A stretch of DNA of 64,000 nt from the human T2T-CHM13v2.0 reference genome, Homo sapiens: NCBI RefSeq assembly GCF_009914755.1, contig NC_060948.1; one strand, given 5' to 3'. Below, piece by piece: positions 14,607-26,328 of the stretch (positions are counted from its first letter, which is position 1; every line of letters starts with the position of its first letter). Under the pieces are notes generated by a model. That model had not been told where the DNA came from and made no database searches. It saw only the letters and a program-made list of their open reading frames with translations. A program made the translations under genes and the position numbers.

Positions 14607-15959
14607 GATGTTATCTCTTAATGTTGCTTTTTGAAAAGTACTGGCTTCCAGGTCATATCCACACTATCTAAATCAGAATTTCTAGAACCTTGAAAAGGAA
14701 TCCATATCCTTAAGGGATCCCAAGTGGTTGTTTTGCTTGTCAGGTTTAAAAATGACTTCTATGTGAAACTTACCATATATGTATGTTTTTGTTAAAATAA
14801 AGTAAAAGAAATTTAGTGATAATGTAAATAAATAATTCACTTAAATTTTTTGTTGATGTTAGCATAAATTAAGAAATGCGATATTCAGTAAAGCTCTCTT
14901 AGAGAAGCCTGATTTTTGTCACATCAACCTATTGCACAGTAGTACTAAAGGCATGGATAGATTGTCAGAAATGTACAACAAAAATATTTGTAGTGTTTTC
15001 AGTGTTATTTTATGTCATTTTTATGAGTGAAAAGAAGGGGAAATTTATTACAGATGCTGTTGTCCAATTTGAATATCAGCAATTCAGGTGTTAGTGCAAC
15101 TTTTCAAAAATTACTAATTTATGGATATAGCTAGAATTTAATTACTAGTTAATATCTCCCTGATATTGATAAATATTAGGTCACATTTATATGATGACTC
15201 AGACAATTAGCAGATCATTTTAAGTAACTTGTTAGAATCACAAATATTTTACTATCTAAAACTAAGTTCTATGGTCACACATTCCTGTAATGAAAGTGTA
15301 TTTTTATTATTAATATATACCTCCAGGAGGAAATAAATTTTACCCTTTCCTCTTCCTGCTCTGACCATCTCTGTGCTTTCTTTTTCTCAGGCTAGTCTGA
15401 CTACATCTGAGATTCTGGGATACTTCTAGTAGAGTAGAAGCATACATTATAGAAACACAAATACAATATTTATTTTAAATTTAAAATTATGAAACTTAAG
15501 AACTCACAAAATTTTTGTTTTGCTCAATTTAACTTGAGATTTTAGTTTCTCATACACAACACATGGTTGGTTTATGATATAACGTAAGTTTAAATTTAAT
15601 TGCCAAGGTTCAATATACATTTATACATCTTAAGGCATTTAGGTAGTATGTTTTAGGTTTTAGGAATTTTTGGATTTGAGAAAACTGAGTCATCACATTT
15701 GCATCACATTGTGTATCATTCCCTGTAAGGCTCCCAAAAGTACCCAAGAATTAAACATACTAATGCTTCTATAAAAGTAATGGATATTCCCTTTAAGGGT
15801 GAAGGGTACATGAATGAAGGCTTAAGTAGCTTCCCTCAATTAAGTCTTTTTTGCATTGGAAATTGAGTTACATATGAATCTTAGTTTTAAAAGCCTTGCT
15901 TAATTGAGCTTTTTGCATTTCAGATAAAGTATTTTGAATCTGTCTTAATTATGATTTTG

Positions 15960-16650
15960 AAAATACAGTACTGAATTAACAGCCCAGGTGGGCTACAAAG
16001 CACCATAATAAACAAGAGAAATACAAAGTGCTCTCCTGCCTACTATAGGGAGTATGTGACAGATTTGAAGAGTAAAAAGCATCTTGCAGTAGAAAAGGGT
16101 TACTTTGTTAAGCTTTTTTTTTAAGTAGCTAATGGGTACAGACTTAGTATTGACATAACTTGGCTTTTTAGCAATCATGTGAGATATTCAGTGTAACATG
16201 ATAAACCACTAGAGGATCACAAAAGGCATATATTAGTAGCATGTCATTAGCTATAAAATAGAAAGTTCCACAATAGACCACAGTAAGGAAGTATTCAAAA
16301 TTATCTGTAGAAAAAGATTGTGGGTGCTCCATAATAGAAAAACTAGCAATGTAGAACATATGTGTAGACAAATTTATGAGCTCTTTATGAGTTAGGATAG
16401 CCAGGTGTTCGTAATTGGAGATTTGAGGAAGTGGAGCAGGAAAGAGATGTTAACACCTATGTCCTGGGTGTGATTTGATAAGCTGTGGGAATAGTAATGC
16501 AATTTACTGATAGAAAAAATAGAACCTCTTTGAGTGGATTGCATTTTAGAAACATATGGGACACCAAATAAAAAATTGTAATGGGGAGTTGGATACATAT
16601 GTCCACAATTTGGAATCATCTAAAAGGATACGTGTGTTACCACAGATGTA
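15960..16650 (+). mobile_element. Probable L2 remnant
   Basis: Purine-rich degenerate sequence typical of L2; recognised by pattern only. Confidence 0.35.
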
Positions 16651-16796
16651 ATAATGAAAAACTGTCACAGAAAGGTATGTCCTAGAATGGAATTTTTTTT
16701 AATTTAGTGTTATCATGGTAGATAATATTAACTTATCCAAAAAGCAATCCATAGCCTCTAAGTAGTTAGTTTAATTAGTATGTCAGAGAAGACTTT

Positions 16797-16798
16797 TA

Positions 16799-16835
<37 letters not shown>

Positions 16836-17053
16836 GATGATGTGTGTGTGTGAGAAGGAGTCTCACTCTCTCACTCAGGCTGGAGTGCAGGAGCAGAATC
16901 TCAGCTCACTGAAACCTCCACCTCCTGGGTTCAAGCAATTCTCTGCATCAGCCTCCTGAGTAGCTAGGATTACAAGCGCCCACCACCACGCCTAGGTAAT
17001 TTTTTTATATTTAGAAGAGATGGGGTTTCACAATCTTGGCCAGACTGGTTTTG
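16797..17053 (-). mobile_element. Alu, 5'-truncated, (TTA)n tail
   Basis: (att)n followed by the antisense Alu right arm and part of the left arm. Confidence 0.85.
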
Positions 17054-18569
17054 AGAAAAATGATAATTTTAAAGAACTGTGCTTATTCTAAAAACTGATC
17101 TTTAGCATTATTCTAGAACTCTTAGTTGTATCATCTGCAGTAAAAGAAGCCTAAGAATTGCACCAGAATTAGTTGCCCAACTCTACCAGGAGATTCAAAG
17201 TTTTATTGTTATAGGATTCTAGAAACAAATCATACTATATATCTGGAAACTCTGTACACACACCCCCACAAACACACAAAATTTTCACTCAGTAGACATT
17301 ATAATAAGCACACTGAAAAACTGATAATAAACTGAAGTTATTATAAAGCTGTAGAACACAATGATTAAAGGCAGATGATCACCTTAAATTGTAAACAACT
17401 GAAATATTAGATTTTAACAATGAAAATTTTCTAATTCTTCTTTTGTCCACCATCATAGATTTCAAGCAGATTAATTAATGTTGTAAATGACATTAAGAGT
17501 TCCTATCAATTGAATTTAATTTATGCCATTTTAAAAATTATTTGTAGTCATATATTGTTTACTATGTAACTTCTTTTATTTTCTCTAAAATAAGGCTAAA
17601 TCACATCTTAGCCTCATCTCATCGAAGGATGTGATTACCGTAAAGGTATACATGTTGGGTTAACATGGAAAATCAATTACCTGGATTAATATGGGATTCA
17701 TGTATTAATTTATTATTCTCCTTATTAAGTTTGAAATGGTTTGTGTAATGAACATTTAGTCTATTCAACAGGCAGTATTCAACAGGTATATATCAGCATC
17801 TACTGTGTACCAAGCACCGTTCAAGGCAGTAGATAACAATACAGGCAAAGATAATATTAATCCAAATTGCACATGAAAACTTTTGATACTATTGATAATG
17901 TGGCAAATGACGTGATTTTCCCTTTATTATAATTTTTAAGAGAATAAGATAGTGAAATGTGTACTATAAGTGTAACAGGAAGCCTATTTGTGTTATTCTT
18001 TACATTAAATAATTAGATTACTAAAATTACCTTTTCCAAAGAAATTTATATTATAAATGCTCCTATGGCAAAAAGAAAAAACCTGGCCTCTGACTTGGAA
18101 TATAATATAATTATATTAAGTAAGATACATGCTAGAGAGAAAAAAACTATTTTATTTTTTTGTCATGGTAATGAGAAAAAAGACAAGCCATTTTTTTGCA
18201 ACTTTTAAAATTGACTCCTAAGAACAGTAAACAGTAAGCAGTATAACAGTAGACAGTAAACAGTAAACACCAAGCAGTGTAAATATGTTGCATTTTAGCC
18301 AGCTCTGAAAGAAAATGACTGATCATTAGCAAATCAGGCAAATTTTATTGTTGCCATTGAAAATTGCTTTACCCATCGTGTGTGTTCTTATATTAACAGA
18401 ATTGAAATCAATTTTGTACTGCCAATTAATATTGCTGTTTTATAATCACAGGATTCTTGCTTTACCTTCTAAAATGTCCCTGAAAAATGAGTGAACACCA
18501 AGTAAGTTTTGTTTTTCTTAAAAAAGGTAGTCATAAAAAACTGCTCATATTTAGTAAAAATAATGAGGT

Positions 18570-18725
18570 GAGTTGGACATGGTGGTGCATTTCTCTAATC
18601 CAAAGTAGTTGGAAGGCTGAGGCAGGAATATTCCTTGAACATTGGAGTGTGAGGCCTCATTGAGCTATGAGCTATAATCTTCTCACTGTAGTCCAGCCTG
18701 TGCCACAGAGCATAATCCTAAGTAT
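18570..18725 (+). mobile_element. Alu monomer (AluJ/FRAM-like)
   Basis: ggacatggtggtgcatttctctaatcc...ggaaggctgaggcagga...ccagcctg. Confidence 0.7.
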
Positions 18726-19087
18726 AGAATAACAAATGGAACTATGAAAAGTAATATAGCATTACTGTGTTTAATTCACTTATAGTAATGCATGGATAGT
18801 ATATTTAGCAAAACATTTTAAATTGGTAATATGTCAAGAGGTCAGATATTTGAGTCAGATTGCTAGCTAGCCCCTCAACTGGCTAAATCTGTAATAACTG
18901 GCAAAGTATTTCTCCTAACTGTAATTTTTTTATTTGTTAAATGGATTTACTAAGGTTACCCGCTTAAGAAACTAACTCTAATATTAATTAGATTACCTCA
19001 AACACTTGTTCTGAATGGCACATAATAGGCAATAAAATATTAGCTACTACTATATATAATAAATTCTTTTCATCTGCTTATTTTTAA

Positions 19088-19237
19088 AGCTCTTAGACCA
19101 CATAATAAAATTCCAGAAGGCTGGGAAAGGCTGTTAGATACAATAGGGTGCCATAAGAGTCACTATCAAAAATGAGCATATCAGTGCATAAAATGTATGG
19201 TAGCTTTATTTAGCAGTTATTCCATTGTTTACCATAG
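19088..19237 (+). pseudogene. USP9YP: USP9X/Y-like exon remnant
   Basis: [40 protein letters not shown] versus USP9 [41 protein letters not shown]; CGA>TGA stop. Confidence 0.9.
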
Positions 19238-19387
19238 TGTTTTTTCTTACAATTTTGTAGAAGCCTGTGTCAGAATTTGAACTTTTTTAGAAGACAGTAA
19301 TCATGGATGATTGAAATTAACATTTTAATCTGATACTGGAAATTATTCTAAATTCTATTACATTTATATTTGTATTTTCTTTTGAAA

Positions 19388-19785
19388 GCTAACGGAAATC
19401 TTAAAAAGAAAATGGAAACTTCTCTGCCAGGGGAGATACCATGATCACAAAGGTGGCTTTCTCAGGGAAAGGCTGATTTATTGCACTCCAGATGTGCTGA
19501 CCCCTGAGATTTCTCCAAATGTGGGAAACTCAGCTGCATAATTTGTGGAAGCGAAGGACTGTGTTTGTGCTTTCATGTGGAAAAAAAATAAAAAAAAAGA
19601 AAATTGACTCGTTTAGTGTATATAGAAAGGTGAAAGAAGGCCATATACTGGAAACAATTCAGTATGTCTACAGAAATTGGTCTCCTCCAGTACAAAACAA
19701 TAAAACAGCAAGTGGTTATTTCTTAGAAAGATCAAATAGTGTTAGGATGACATTTGCAAATGCTTGAGAACTTTGTCTAGATAAG
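19388..19785 (+). pseudogene. USP9YP: USP9X/Y-like exon remnant split by a U1 retrocopy
   Basis: NGNLK.. before the insert. After it: [44 protein letters not shown] versus USP9 [47 protein letters not shown]. Confidence 0.92.
19416..19579 (+). pseudogene. U1 snRNA processed pseudogene (RNU1-P), full length 164 nt, with A tail and TSD
   Basis: caggggagataccatgatcac, attgcactcc, aaatgtgggaaactc and the Sm site aatttgtgg. A-rich tail at 19581-19598. TSD aaaaagaaaat(g/t)g at 19403-19415 and 19594-19606. Confidence 0.95.
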
Positions 19786-20167
19786 GGGGTGGGGGGAAGC
19801 CTCCACAGGGCAGCATATAAATCTGGGAAAAAGACAAGTAATTTTTAAATGTGTAAGCCAATGTTTATGTATTAATCTTGCCCTGAAAATATTTATTTTG
19901 TTAAATGATTAACATTGGTTTGTTTGTTCTTAAAAAGTAAGTTTCCTTTTGGAAACAACTTGTGTGAAATGGTCTAAAAATGATGTAGCTAAAATAATTC
20001 AGATTTTTCCCCTCTATTATAAATCATTTGCAGGAATTGTAAATATGTTATAGATGTCAGCTTTCTTACATTTCTTAAAAGTTTATTCTAAATGAAGAAA
20101 ATATAATATAAGGTACAAAGTTACTTTTATAATCAAATTGTCAATCTTGTTAAATATTTAGAATTTC

Positions 20168-20263
20168 GAGCCAGATGACCAAGATGTCTTAGATGGGCAT
20201 AAGACCTGTCCAACAGAAGATGCTCCATTATTTCCTCATTCAACAGGCTCTATGTATCAACAG
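20168..20263 (+). pseudogene. USP9YP: USP9X/Y-like penultimate exon remnant (96 nt)
   Basis: [32 protein letters not shown]|gtaaaa versus [32 protein letters not shown]; acceptor AG lost. Confidence 0.9.
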
Positions 20264-20739
20264 GTAAAATAAAAATAATAATAATAATTTTCTTTTTCAA
20301 ACTTATTTTGATGCTTTACTTATGTAGTCTTCAATTATTATTTTCTTACATATTTTGTAACATATCAGCTGTGACTGCAAATTAAGAAAAAATTATCTAG
20401 GACAGCTTTGACAAGATGATCAGAAGAATAGTTTAAGTGGGGTCATGTTTTATTTTACCCTTGTGATTTTTTTATTTTTTTTTTTTGTAACTAGGTACTA
20501 CCTTGTCCTAGTTCATAAAAAGTGTGATATTTCAATAAGAGCATAAAGCAATTTATTTACATTTTCTCAAAATCCAGTGAGAGTAAAAATTAACAATTTT
20601 AACAGCTGTAATACAAAGTATACTTAAAAAAATACTCACCAAAAATATAAACAAAAACCATTTATAAGCACTTCTCAGTTGAAACAAATATTTTTGTTAA
20701 AATATTCTAGGAAGATTAGCCACAACATAAGTAAGGTAG

Positions 20740-20812
20740 TTTTCTTTTCACTTTCCTTTTTCTTTCTTTTTTTCTTTTCTTTTCTTTCCTTCCTTCCTTC
20801 CTTCCTTCCTTC

Positions 20813-20871
<59 letters not shown>

Positions 20872-21018
20872 TCCTTTCTTGTTTCATTTCCTTCCTTCCT
20901 TCTTTCCTTCCTTCCTTCCCACATTCCTTCCTTCCTTCTTCCTTCCTTTTTTGCTACCTTCCTTTTTTCTTTCCTCCCTTCCTTCCTTGCTTCCTTCCTT
21001 CCTTTCTTTTTTTATTTT
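20740..21018. repeat. Compound (TTCC)n/(TTTC)n polypyrimidine microsatellite, derived from the tail of the adjacent Alu
   Basis: Read directly; pure (tttc)n core at ~20813-20873. Confidence 0.95.
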
Positions 21019-21297
21019 GATAGAGTTTTGCTCTGTTGTCTGGGCTGAAGTGCTATGTTTGCGATCTTGGCTCACTACAATTTCCACCTTCTGAATTCCA
21101 GCTATTCTCCTGCCTTATCCTCCCAAGTAGCTGGGATTAGAATCATGCATCACCACACCTGGCTAATTTTGTATTTTTGGTAGAGAAAGTGTTTCACTGT
21201 GTTGGCCAGGGTGGTCTGGATCTCCTGACCTCACAATCCACCCACCTCGGCCTCTCAAAGTGCTGGGATTACAGATTGTTAGCCATTGCACCTGGCC
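21018..21297 (-). mobile_element. AluS-like
   Basis: Antisense Alu ending in ...gcacctggcc. Confidence 0.88.
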
Positions 21298-21599
21298 AGG
21301 TTAATCATTTAAAGCTTTTCTTGTAACATTTAGCATGACTTCTCATCAAGTTCATGTAGCCAAGAAATGGAATTACCTAAATTACAGCAGGTGCCCAGAG
21401 TAACAGCTGTATTGCTCAGAAACCTTATTTTATCACCAGAAAAAAATATAAAACAGGGGAAAAATGTAAAAAAACAAGGATATTTTCATTCTACATTTTC
21501 TTTACATTTAATGTTTGATAGTTTAATTTCTTGTTAAGATAAAGAATATGGATATATTTTTAATAGAAATTCTAAAATATTAAAACCAATCTGCACAAG

Positions 21600-23700
21600 T
21601 TTCATATGTCACAATGTGTGGAGCATGGTAGGTTGTATTTTGTGCTTGGGGCACTGTTGTGGTAGAATTTATTAAGTGATGCTTCTAAAATTTGGTTTCA
21701 TCTAATCCCATGAAGTGCATATCATCAGAATCCACATACTTTGAAGTACCATTGCGCCAAGATTTCTGACTGCTTTGATAGCCAGGCACAATTTTCCTTG
21801 AAATCAGTAAGTCTCCTAGTTTATTTCTATATTATTTTAAAGCTTTTGTTGTTAGATGTGGTGTTCACTGAAGATATAAATGCCTTCTGATTTTAAAAAA
21901 ATTTGTATTTTTTTTTAATTTCCTGTAATATCTCTATGCCCATTGTTGGAAACAATAGGATGTGAAGTGTGTTGCGTAGCTTGAGGAACAGTAATTGGTT
22001 TGTTCAAATTGGTTAGAATATACTATGTTTTTAAATCTTTTTATAGTATATGAGCATTAGCATTGACCACTATGAATGCCAAATGCAGTCTACATTAGTC
22101 AAGACCTATAAATACACTATCAGGGCTACTGATATTTGTACATTTTAGTCCAACTATGTTATGGCCCTTCCTATTTGGCCTATTGTTATTTGCCATCTAC
22201 ATTTCTCTTCTGGCCTAGACTTAGATTTTGGAATTTCTGTTCCTTAGAGAGTACAAGAGAAATATGTGTAGATTAATGCTATCTCTGCATTACTGCTGCA
22301 CCTCTATAAGTTTGCCACCTCAAGTAAATACATCATGTTGTCCTGGTTCCAGTCACCTCCCAATCATCCTGGAGAGGATACTTCAAATGGAAATCAACAT
22401 GTCCTTCTTTAATGTACCTCTTAAATTTTTAATATTATGCAGATGTCAGGATGTCACTCGGCCCATTGAAAGTACAAGTGTCACATACTGGCATCTGCTT
22501 GAAAGTCCAGTTTTCTACTGTTCATGTGGCCAGGACATTCATTATTATTTACTACTCATGCATTCAGACAATTGTCTTTGTAAAATAATAGTTTAAAGTT
22601 TTAATCCTTCATTTAAAAAAAAAACAGCATGCAATTTCATCCATGTCCCTACAAAGGACATGAAACTCATCATTTTTTATGGCTGCATAGTATTCCATGG
22701 TGTATATGTGATCATTCTCAGTAAACTATCGCAAGAACAAAAAACCAAACACCGCATATTCTCACTCATAGGTGGGAATTGAACAATGAGATCACATGGA
22801 CACAGGAAGGGGAATATCACACTCTGGGGACTGTGGTGGGGTGGGGGGAGGGGGCAGGGATAGCATTAGGAGATATACCTAATGCTAAATGACGAGTTAG
22901 TGGGTGCAGCGCACCAGCATGGCACATGTATACATATGTAACTAACCTGCACAATGTGCACATGTACCCCAAAACTTAAAGTATAATAAAAAAAAAAAGA
23001 AAAGAAAAAAAAAGAAAATGAAAAAAAAAAAAAAAAAGCAGCCTGCAGTTCAATCATTGAGCTAATTTGCTCATTCCATCTTCAATTGGTCTTTTTATTT
23101 CTGGTCTCTGTGAAAGCCTGCCAACAGGATATTGTTCATCCACCTTGAAACTGTCATTTGTCAACCAAGCAGGTTGTTGTAGTCAATAGGGAGCTCTTCA
23201 AAGGGCATTGCCCATGTAAGAGTGGGATCCAGTAATTCCTGTGGTTGTTCCAAATTTGATGCTAGAAAATACCAGACTATTTGCCCTTGAACAGGATAAG
23301 CACCTCCTTGCACTTCCCTGTTAACATTGTACTCTATAAAGCCATCTTTTATGTTATTTTGGAAGTCTGAGCACTTCCTCATTAAACTGTTTCCTTAATA
23401 TGCCCAACACCTTATGGGTGTTCCAAATTCTATAATTATTTTACGGTCTTCTGTCAAAGAAGCAGTCTCAATACCAAGGCAAGACAAGCTAGTAATTATC
23501 TTTCCAATGGCACATATTGTTTCATGGCATCCAGGAGTGCCCTGGACCACAATTTCCAGCTAATGCTGAAGAGGGGCATGTGTGGGTTTTCTGCCATGGC
23601 CTCACTGTGCCCAGGAACATGTTGCAAGTACTTCTAAAATCAGAATTTGGATCACAAAGACCCAATGTGTAGAGAGAAAGAGCATTTTACCATTCAGAAA
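21600..23700 (-). mobile_element. Ancient ERVL-class pol (RNase H region) remnant, interrupted by L1
   Basis: Minus strand gives LWSRALLDAMKQYVPLER*LLAC (cf. FWSKALP..NYSPFERQLLAC), AWLTNDS (cf. AWFTDGS) and AQ..ELQA (cf. AQWAELRA). Boundaries are uncertain. Confidence 0.6.
22632..23037 (+). mobile_element. Short young L1 (L1PA2/3) 3' end with a 5' inversion
   Basis: 22632-22710 is antisense; 22711-23037 is sense 3'UTR plus poly(A). It carries GAG rather than ACA at the Ta-diagnostic site. Imperfect TSD aaaa(a/g)cagc(a/c)tgca. Confidence 0.92.
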
Positions 23701-23749
23701 TGGCCAGCTTTAGTGAAATTTCTTATTTAAATAGACCACCATTTATTGT

Positions 23750-24190
23750 TTTTAAATGGATGCATTATAATTTTACATATTTACAAAGTAGAACTATTAT
23801 TTGTATACACGCACACAACGACAGATGACCAAATCTTTAAATGTCATATTAGTAATTGGTATATTAGTAATTTCAGACATATATGACATATTTGTTTAAA
23901 GAACATTCCGAATCTAAACGTCTAGTTGTTTTGAAATCTACAAGAAATTATTCATACCTATAATATCCCTCCCACACAATCAAACTTTAAAACCTATTCC
24001 TTCTAATTGTGTTTTTTATCCATTAACTGACTCACTTATTTGCTTGCTCAATGTCTTTCGCAGCCTATAATAAACTGTCATTCTATTCTCTGCCTTCATG
24101 AGATCAACTTTGTTATTTCTCAAATATGAATAAAAACATGCAATCCTTGTCCCTTATATTTCCTGGCTAATTTCACTTAATATAATGTCC
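23750..24190 (-). mobile_element. Old L1M 3' fragment
   Basis: cattctattctctgccttcatgagatcaactt and tggctaatttcacttaatataatgtcc, typical of L1MA 3' ends. Confidence 0.6.
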
Positions 24191-24272
24191 CTTATAGGAA
24201 GCCTTTTTCTGAGTAATGTTCAGTTAATGTATTGAGGTTTTTATAAAACTGAAATAATCACTCACTTAAAAT

Positions 24273-24463
24273 TTAACTTGTTACCAAAATTCTTTGGGTA
24301 TATAGGACTGTAGTTTGAAAATAGCTAAATGAACAAAGATGTCTTGAAGGTGCCTTAGGACACTAATATTGTACTCTTTTCTACCTCCTGTCTTACTTAA
24401 CTCTGATTTGTCTTCAAATTAATAAAAATATTCTAGTAAATTATCTTGGGGATCAACATTAAA
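24273..24463 (-). pseudogene. USP9YP: USP9X/Y-like catalytic-domain exon remnant
   Basis: NVDPQD...[42 protein letters not shown] versus NVDPRD...[46 protein letters not shown]; contains stops and the splice sites have decayed. Confidence 0.9.
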
Positions 24464-26077
24464 CGCCAAAAGAAATCAGTAATGCACTAATTTAACTTTA
24501 CAAATATAAGGAAAGAAGTTGCAACCAATACCAAAAGTTACCGAATAAAATGATATATTTTTATACTCCTAATTTTCAAAGTACTTAATTTATTTTTTAA
24601 TTTTTACTATTATTGCTTATTTCAAACATGGGCTATTATAATTGAGTTCACAGAAAAGTTATTATAAAAGAGTAATAAAATAATAACATACACTGGAAGT
24701 AATATAGTAAAGTTTGAACAAGTAGGCAGGAGTAAAGACAAGTGAGTCATCTGCCATGAGTAACTTTTGGGGAATAAGTAACTTTTTGGGGAATAAGTTA
24801 CTGAGTCTTTCTAGGATTCAGTATCTTCTTTTGAGAATAATGTGTTTTCCAAATTAGATAAGATTATTTACATGGTGAAATCAGAATTATTAACACTCAG
24901 TAAGTATATCTATTAACCATAGTTGTGGAAGGAAAGGGAGCATAGACAGAAGCTCCAATAGTCAAAACATGATTGTAGCCATAAAGCAAAATACAGTTGG
25001 TTTACTAGTATGTAAGACATTTCTGTGTTTTTCATTTTGTCTTAGGTTTGTGACAAAGAAGTAAATAATATCCAATTCCTGCCCTGGAGAAGCTGACTGC
25101 ATAGAAAAAGGAACAAGGCAGATATACATGCCAGAGTACAGTGCTGAGAAAACATAAAGCACAACCAACCAAGTACAAAGGTAAGACATCAAATCTGAAA
25201 TTTTATATTCTGTCTGTTTCATTTGTTTCTTGCTGGTATGGTTAACCATCTTTATATGTGTTAAATTCAACACCCTAGGGGTCACACATGCTATAGTACC
25301 AGAACTTACATTCCAATTTTTCTTCCAATAGTGGCTGTTAACCAAGTATTGGTGAATATCATATATGAAGACTCTACTAAAAGTAAAGCTACCCCGACTG
25401 TGATGCTTGGATTGTATAATTTACCGGATCTAGCAAAGAGAAAGACAGTGTGTGTTTTGTAATCTCTATAAATGATAAGTATGGAGACACTAGTAGCTGA
25501 AAGACAAATTATTTCTGCCCACTGAAAGGAAAAAAATGAAGAAATTGTAGGAAAACCATTTACTACAGTTAAAATATACTGATCTTAAAATTTAGTTTCT
25601 ATCAGTGTCTATAAAGAAAAGTAAAAATATAATAACAATAATAAAGAGTTTGAGTATAAACAGCAAAATTCAGGTATTCCATATTCACTTATTTGGAGGT
25701 ATGCCCTAAATAGGTGATCTATCAGTATAACTTAACTTTTTCACTGCTTTATTTTCAAATGAATACTTTTCATAGGCAGTTTGATGATAATTCTTAACTA
25801 ATATTTTTTACAAGTTCACATAGCAAATTTGAAGAATAAATTTTTTTCTTTAGCAGGAAAACCTCGCATTTGAGAAAAATATTAGAGAATTTAAATAGAA
25901 GCACATCTTATGATACACAGACAATATAAATATTCAGTCATAGTATCTCAGAGATTTTAGCCATATTATGAAAAGTAATTCCCACATAATTCTTTTAAAG
26001 TAAAATAATTTCAGAGATAAAAACAGTAGCTGCTATCAGAATCTTCAAGGTAATAGTAATTAATAATTAGAATTTAC

Positions 26078-26328
26078 CTCACTGTTCTGCTTCTCATCTT
26101 CATAAAATCATTGTCTGTATTTTTACCTATGCATTCAATTGCAAGAATACTGTCTCCATTGGAATATATATACACACACAAACACACACACACACACATA
26201 TATATATGGCTGCTGGATCACAGAATTCATGTGATAAAAAGTACCAACATTTTGAAGTCCCACGAGATTTTCTGGTGGGTGAGATATAAGAGGGAGCAGA
26301 TATTCCCATTCAAAAAGTGCTTCACAAC
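26078..26328 (-). pseudogene. USP9YP: USP9X/Y-like Cys-box exon remnant
   Basis: CEALFEWEYLLPLISHPPENLVGLQNVGTFYHMNSVIQQ versus [39 protein letters not shown]. The AG acceptor and GT donor are intact; catalytic Cys>Tyr; internal microsatellite. Confidence 0.92.

Noticed and set aside
19416-19579. Functional variant U1 snRNA gene
   Set aside because: The A tail and TSD show retroposition; the flanks are USP9 exon rather than PSE/3' box; many substitutions.
20675-21094. K/E/R-rich and F/L/S-rich ORFs
   Set aside because: Translations of the microsatellite.
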